The notes beneath the pieces are model-generated. The model was not told the origin of the DNA and did not search any database. It saw only the letters and a list, made by a program, of their open reading frames with translations. A DNA stretch of 63,676 nucleotides, counting the filler, from Guillardia theta CCMP2712 (taxonomy: Eukaryota > Protista > Cryptophyta), in assembly GCF_000315625.1 (NCBI RefSeq). It is 5 parts of 5 records of this genome, joined end to end, with 100 filler letters (N's around TTAATTAATTAA, not from the genome) between each part and the next. Parts side by side here need not be neighbours in the genome. Positions count along the whole stretch, not along the records: positions 59,301 to 63,676 come from NW_005434542.1; 4 more parts are not named here. One strand, 5' to 3'. Position numbers and translations under genes: made by a program. This document shows positions 59,796 through 63,676 of the stretch, in pieces. Positions within the stretch are counted from its first letter, which is position 1; each line of letters opens with the position of its first letter.

Positions 59796-60511
59796 CTAGA
59801 ACCTGACAACTCCTGCTGCCTCCTCCTCACCTCCCTCCCACTCCAGCTGCTCCTCCTCTCGCAACTTCTGCGTGAGCCGTGCTGCTTCTGCTCCTCCTCC
59901 TCCTCCTCCTCGACTTTTCTTGTCACCATGTCTGACTGTACTTGTTTCCATTACACTTTCCTCCTTCCTTGGGTTGCTCCTCCTCAACTTCAATTCCTGC
60001 CTCTTGTCTCCTTCAGCTCCTCCTGCTCAGCCTGCCCTCGACCCTCTCCTTCCCTTCCCTCCCTTCCCCAGACTTCTCGACGCTTCATCTCCAACCCCTT
60101 CCTCCTCCTCGTCCATCTCAAACTCTTTTACTTTCCCTTGTTAAAATGCGCCATCATCGCTTTCTTCACCACCCACTCACACGTCGACCCCTGCCAGGAG
60201 CTCGTCAAACCTCCTCCTCCTCCTCCTCCTCTTCCTCCTCCTCCTCCACCTCCACCTTCTCCTCCTCCTCCTCCTGAGGAGGCCCCCTCCCTTCCTCCCC
60301 TCCCCTCCCCTTCCTGTCCTCTTCTTCCTCCCACTTCTCCGCCTTGCTCATCCTCCCTTACCTCGGAGATGATCACAAGCTCTCCAGCCGTCACTGTCAC
60401 CTCCTTTCCCTCCTGCTGACGTCACTCCCCGCCATCCAACTAGATCAAAAGATCTTACCCCCGTCCGCAGCACAGCCTCTCCCTCCAGAATCCTGTGGCA
60501 CAGGATCATAA

Positions 60512-60560
<49 letters not shown>

Positions 60561-63088
60561 CTCTTCCTCCCTTCGTCTTCTGCATATACCCGTTCTTCTC
60601 CTCCTCACTTACAGTAAAGCTTCTCTNNNNNNNNNNNNNNNNNNNNNNNNNNNNNNNNNNNNNNNNNNNNNNNNNNNNNNNNNNNNNNNNNNNNNNNNNN
60701 NNNNNNNNNNNNNNNNNNNNNNNNNNNNNNNNNNNNNNNNNNNNNNNNNNNNNNNNNNNNNNNNNNNNNNNNNNNNNNNNNNNNNNNNNNNNNNNNNNNN
60801 NNNNNNNNNNNNNNNNNNNNNNNNNNNNNNNNNNNNNNNNNNNNNNNNNNNNNNNNNNNNNNNNNNNNNNNNNNNNNNNNNNNNNNNNNNNNNNNNNNNN
60901 NNNNNNNNNNNNNNNNNNNNNNNNNNNNNNNNNNNNNNNNNNNNNNNNNNNNNNNNNNNNNNNNNNNNNNNNNNNNNNNNNNNNNNNNNNNNNNNNNNNN
61001 NNNNNNNNNNNNNNNNNNNNNNNNNNNNNNNNNNNNNNNNNNNNNNNNNNNNNNNNNNNNNNNNNNNNNNNNNNNNNNNNNNNNNNNNNNNNNNNNNNNN
61101 NNNNNNNNNNNNNNNNNNNNNNNNNNNNNNNNNNNNNNNNNNNNNNNNNNNNNNNNNNNNNNNNNNNNNNNNNNNNNNNNNNNNNNNNNNNNNNNNNNNN
61201 NNNNNNNNNNNNNNNNNNNNNNNNNNNNNNNNNNNNNNNNNNNNNNNNNNNNNNNNNNNNNNNNNNNNNNNNNNNNNNNNNNNNNNNNNNNNNNNNNNNN
61301 NNNNNNNNNNNNNNNNNNNNNNNNNNNNNNNNNNNNNNNNNNNNNNNNNNNNNNNNNNNNNNNNNNNNNNNNNNNNNNNNNNNNNNNNNNNNNNNNNNNN
61401 NNNNNNNNNNNNNNNNNNNNNNNNNNNNNNNNNNNNNNNNNNNNNNNNNNNNNNNNNNNNNNNNNNNNNNNNNNNNNNNNNNNNNNNNNNNNNNNNATGA
61501 AGGGAACAAGGGGAAACCAGGCGAGGATGAGCCATAGATACATCATCGGTAGAGGCGCGAAAAAGATCAGGAGGGAGAAAGAGGAGGGAGAGGCGGAAGG
61601 AGAAGAGTAGGAGAGGAGGGAGAGGTGGAAGAGGGCGAGGGAGGAGGAGGATAAACGAGGAAGATGGAGAGACGAGGAGAGGAGAGGAGAAGAAGGAAAA
61701 TGTTCAGTTGTTACTTCAGCCAGTTTGCCGGGAACAAGCTGACGAAAAGCCACCCGACAATTCGAGGAATGGCGAGAGGAGAAGGTAGAGAGTTGATACC
61801 CTGAAAGAAAATGAGAGGAGAGGAGAGGAGAGGAGAGGAGAGGAGAGGAGAGGAGAGGAGAGGAGAGGAGAGGAGAGGAGAGGAGAGGAGAGGAGAGGGG
61901 AGGGGAGGGGAGGGGAGGGGAGGGGAGGAGAGGAGTGGGGAGGGGAGGGGAGGAGTGGAGTGGAGAGGAGAGGAGAGGAGAGGAGCGTAGGAGAGGGGGA
62001 AGGGGAGTGGAGAGGGGAAAAGGTGAGGCGATTGAGAGAGAAGAATAGAAGACAGGGAGGAGGGAAGAAGGAAGCGAGGGGAATGGAAATCAATGCAGGC
62101 CAATGTTGGAGGCTAAAAAGAGCAGAGGAAGGGAGGGGGGAGTAGGCGGAGCAACTGGGAGAAGAGGGATGAAGGGGAAGGTTCAGGTTGTACATGACGG
62201 TAGTGCGGTGTGAGAGGATCCTCTGCAAAGTAGTCGCCGATGCGAGGAACGTAACCGAACTCGCCGAAGATGGTTGAGACGACAGTGAACCAGGAGACGA
62301 ACTGAGCGAGAGAAGACAAATCAACCCCTCTCCTGCTCCTGCCGCTGCCGCTGCCGCTGCTCCCCTGCCCCTGCCCCTACTCCTGCTCTTCCTTCTCTTC
62401 CTCCTCCTCCTCCCGGTCTTCCGTCCCTCAATTCTGCTCACCCGATGCTCTAGACGGAAACTCTGTGGGACTCCAGCAGCATTTTCAACCTGCAAGATGA
62501 AGCAGAATGCGTGAGGAAGGAGAAAGGAGGAAGGAGAAAGGAGGAAGGAGGAAGGAGTAAGGAGAAAGGAGAAAGGAGAAAGGAGGAAGGAGGAAGGAGT
62601 AAGGAGTAAGGAGTAAGGAGGAGAATCAGGAGGAAGGAGGGGAGAGAAGGAAAATCAGGAGGGAGGAGGGGGGAAACAAACAGATAGCAGAGGACGATCA
62701 TAACCTGTTCTGGTTCCTCAAAGAAACGGCGCAAAGGAGCCCATTCCCTCGGTGTGAAAGTGTTTGGCAGGATGTAACCTGCTTTCTGACTCAAACAGAC
62801 AAGCAAGAAAAACGGCGAGAAGAGGAGGAAAGGAAAAGAGGAGGAGAGGAGGAGAGGAGGAGAGGAGGAGAGGAGGAGAGGAGGAGAGGAGGAGTGAAGG
62901 GTGTGATTGGAATGCAGGGAAGAACGAATGAGATATGGGATGGTAGAGGGTGGAGGAGTATATCATGCCTGCATTCAATCGTCGTGCAAGCGGAAGCTTG
63001 TGATCAGTAATCGGGTTGTATTTCTATGCAAAGATAATCAGCAGGAGCAGGGGCAGGGGCAGGAGCAGGAGCAGGAAGCAGGAAGCAG

Positions 63089-63126
<38 letters not shown>

Positions 63127-63133
63127 GGCAGGA

Positions 63134-63169
<36 letters not shown>

Positions 63170-63177
63170 GGCAGGAA

Positions 63178-63209
<32 letters not shown>

Positions 63210-63517
63210 GCAGGAGTAGGAAGCTCACCGGTTCCTTGCTAGGGATGAAGGCGGCATAACCGAAGACATTAACCTTGTCGGATCCCACCCTCCTCATCGT
63301 CTTGGGGTTGAACCACCTGGGAATCTTTCGAGGAGAAGGTCAGCGAGCGTCTTGAAGCAGCCAGTCTCACGTTCTCAGACTTGGTCGTGGATTTCTTGGA
63401 GCTCAGAGCGCTGAGTTTCTTCTCATTGTCCTCGTCTCCTTCCGCCCTGGCACAGTGGAGGAGGAAGACGGAGGCGAGGACAAGGAGATGAAGAGAAAGA
63501 AGCGTTGTGTATCTCAT
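59796..63517 (-). CDS. Multi-exon hypothetical protein with signal peptide; 3' extent uncertain
   Basis: Leader MRYTTLLSLHLLVLASVFLLHCARA. Spliced exons include WFNPKTMRRVGSDKVNVFGYAAFIPSKEP, KAGYILPNTFTPREWAPLRRFFEEPEQ and FVSWFTVVSTIFGEFGYVPRIGDYFAEDPL. A large N gap lies inside. No family recognised. Confidence 0.5.
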
Positions 63518-63676
63518 CCTTGATGTTTTTATGTCCCCTGATAAAAGAATGAGTGGAATGAAAGAAAATTCTTACTTCTCGCAATTCCCCCTCCCCCCCC
63601 CACTCTCATGTGTTGCTCCTAACTCCTGATGTGATCTTCTCTTCTCTGCTCTTCTCTTCTCTTCTCTGCTCTTCTC

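Overview
Eukaryotic nuclear DNA, most likely from a cryptophyte alga. This is an inference from short GT-AG introns with a CTGAC branch point, a signal-peptide + A|F plastid leader on DXR, and a cryptophyte-style RWP-RK gene. The window contains five assembly pieces joined by artificial N-TTAATTAATTAA-N linkers (at about 19.8, 50.06, 56.7 and 59.25 kb), so synteny across the linkers is unreliable. Most short ORFs in the track are artefacts of microsatellite-filled introns. Spliced genes reconstructed by eye are: a signal-peptide/PAN-Apple/TPR/SPINDLY-like GT41 protein, a CH-domain/EF-hand-like coiled-coil protein, a PTC7-type PP2C, Derlin, REX4, DXR, a small helical protein, GCP5, Vps34 (5' part), an RWP-RK factor and a secreted unknown. 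There is also a defective Ty1/copia element. Two things stand out. (1) Four ORFs at 44.0-48.7 kb splice into one protein of about 1,500 aa or more that joins a caspase-fold (C14) protease with an intact His-Cys dyad to an R-S-E mono-ADP-ribosyltransferase; this is a candidate protease-gated toxin or immune effector, with one 1-nt frameshift in this assembly. (2) Two convergent membrane class III cyclase genes, with catalytic halves in C2-then-C1 order, share a near-identical 2,337-bp inverted core but have different ends; recombination between them would invert the DXR block and swap their C-terminal tails.
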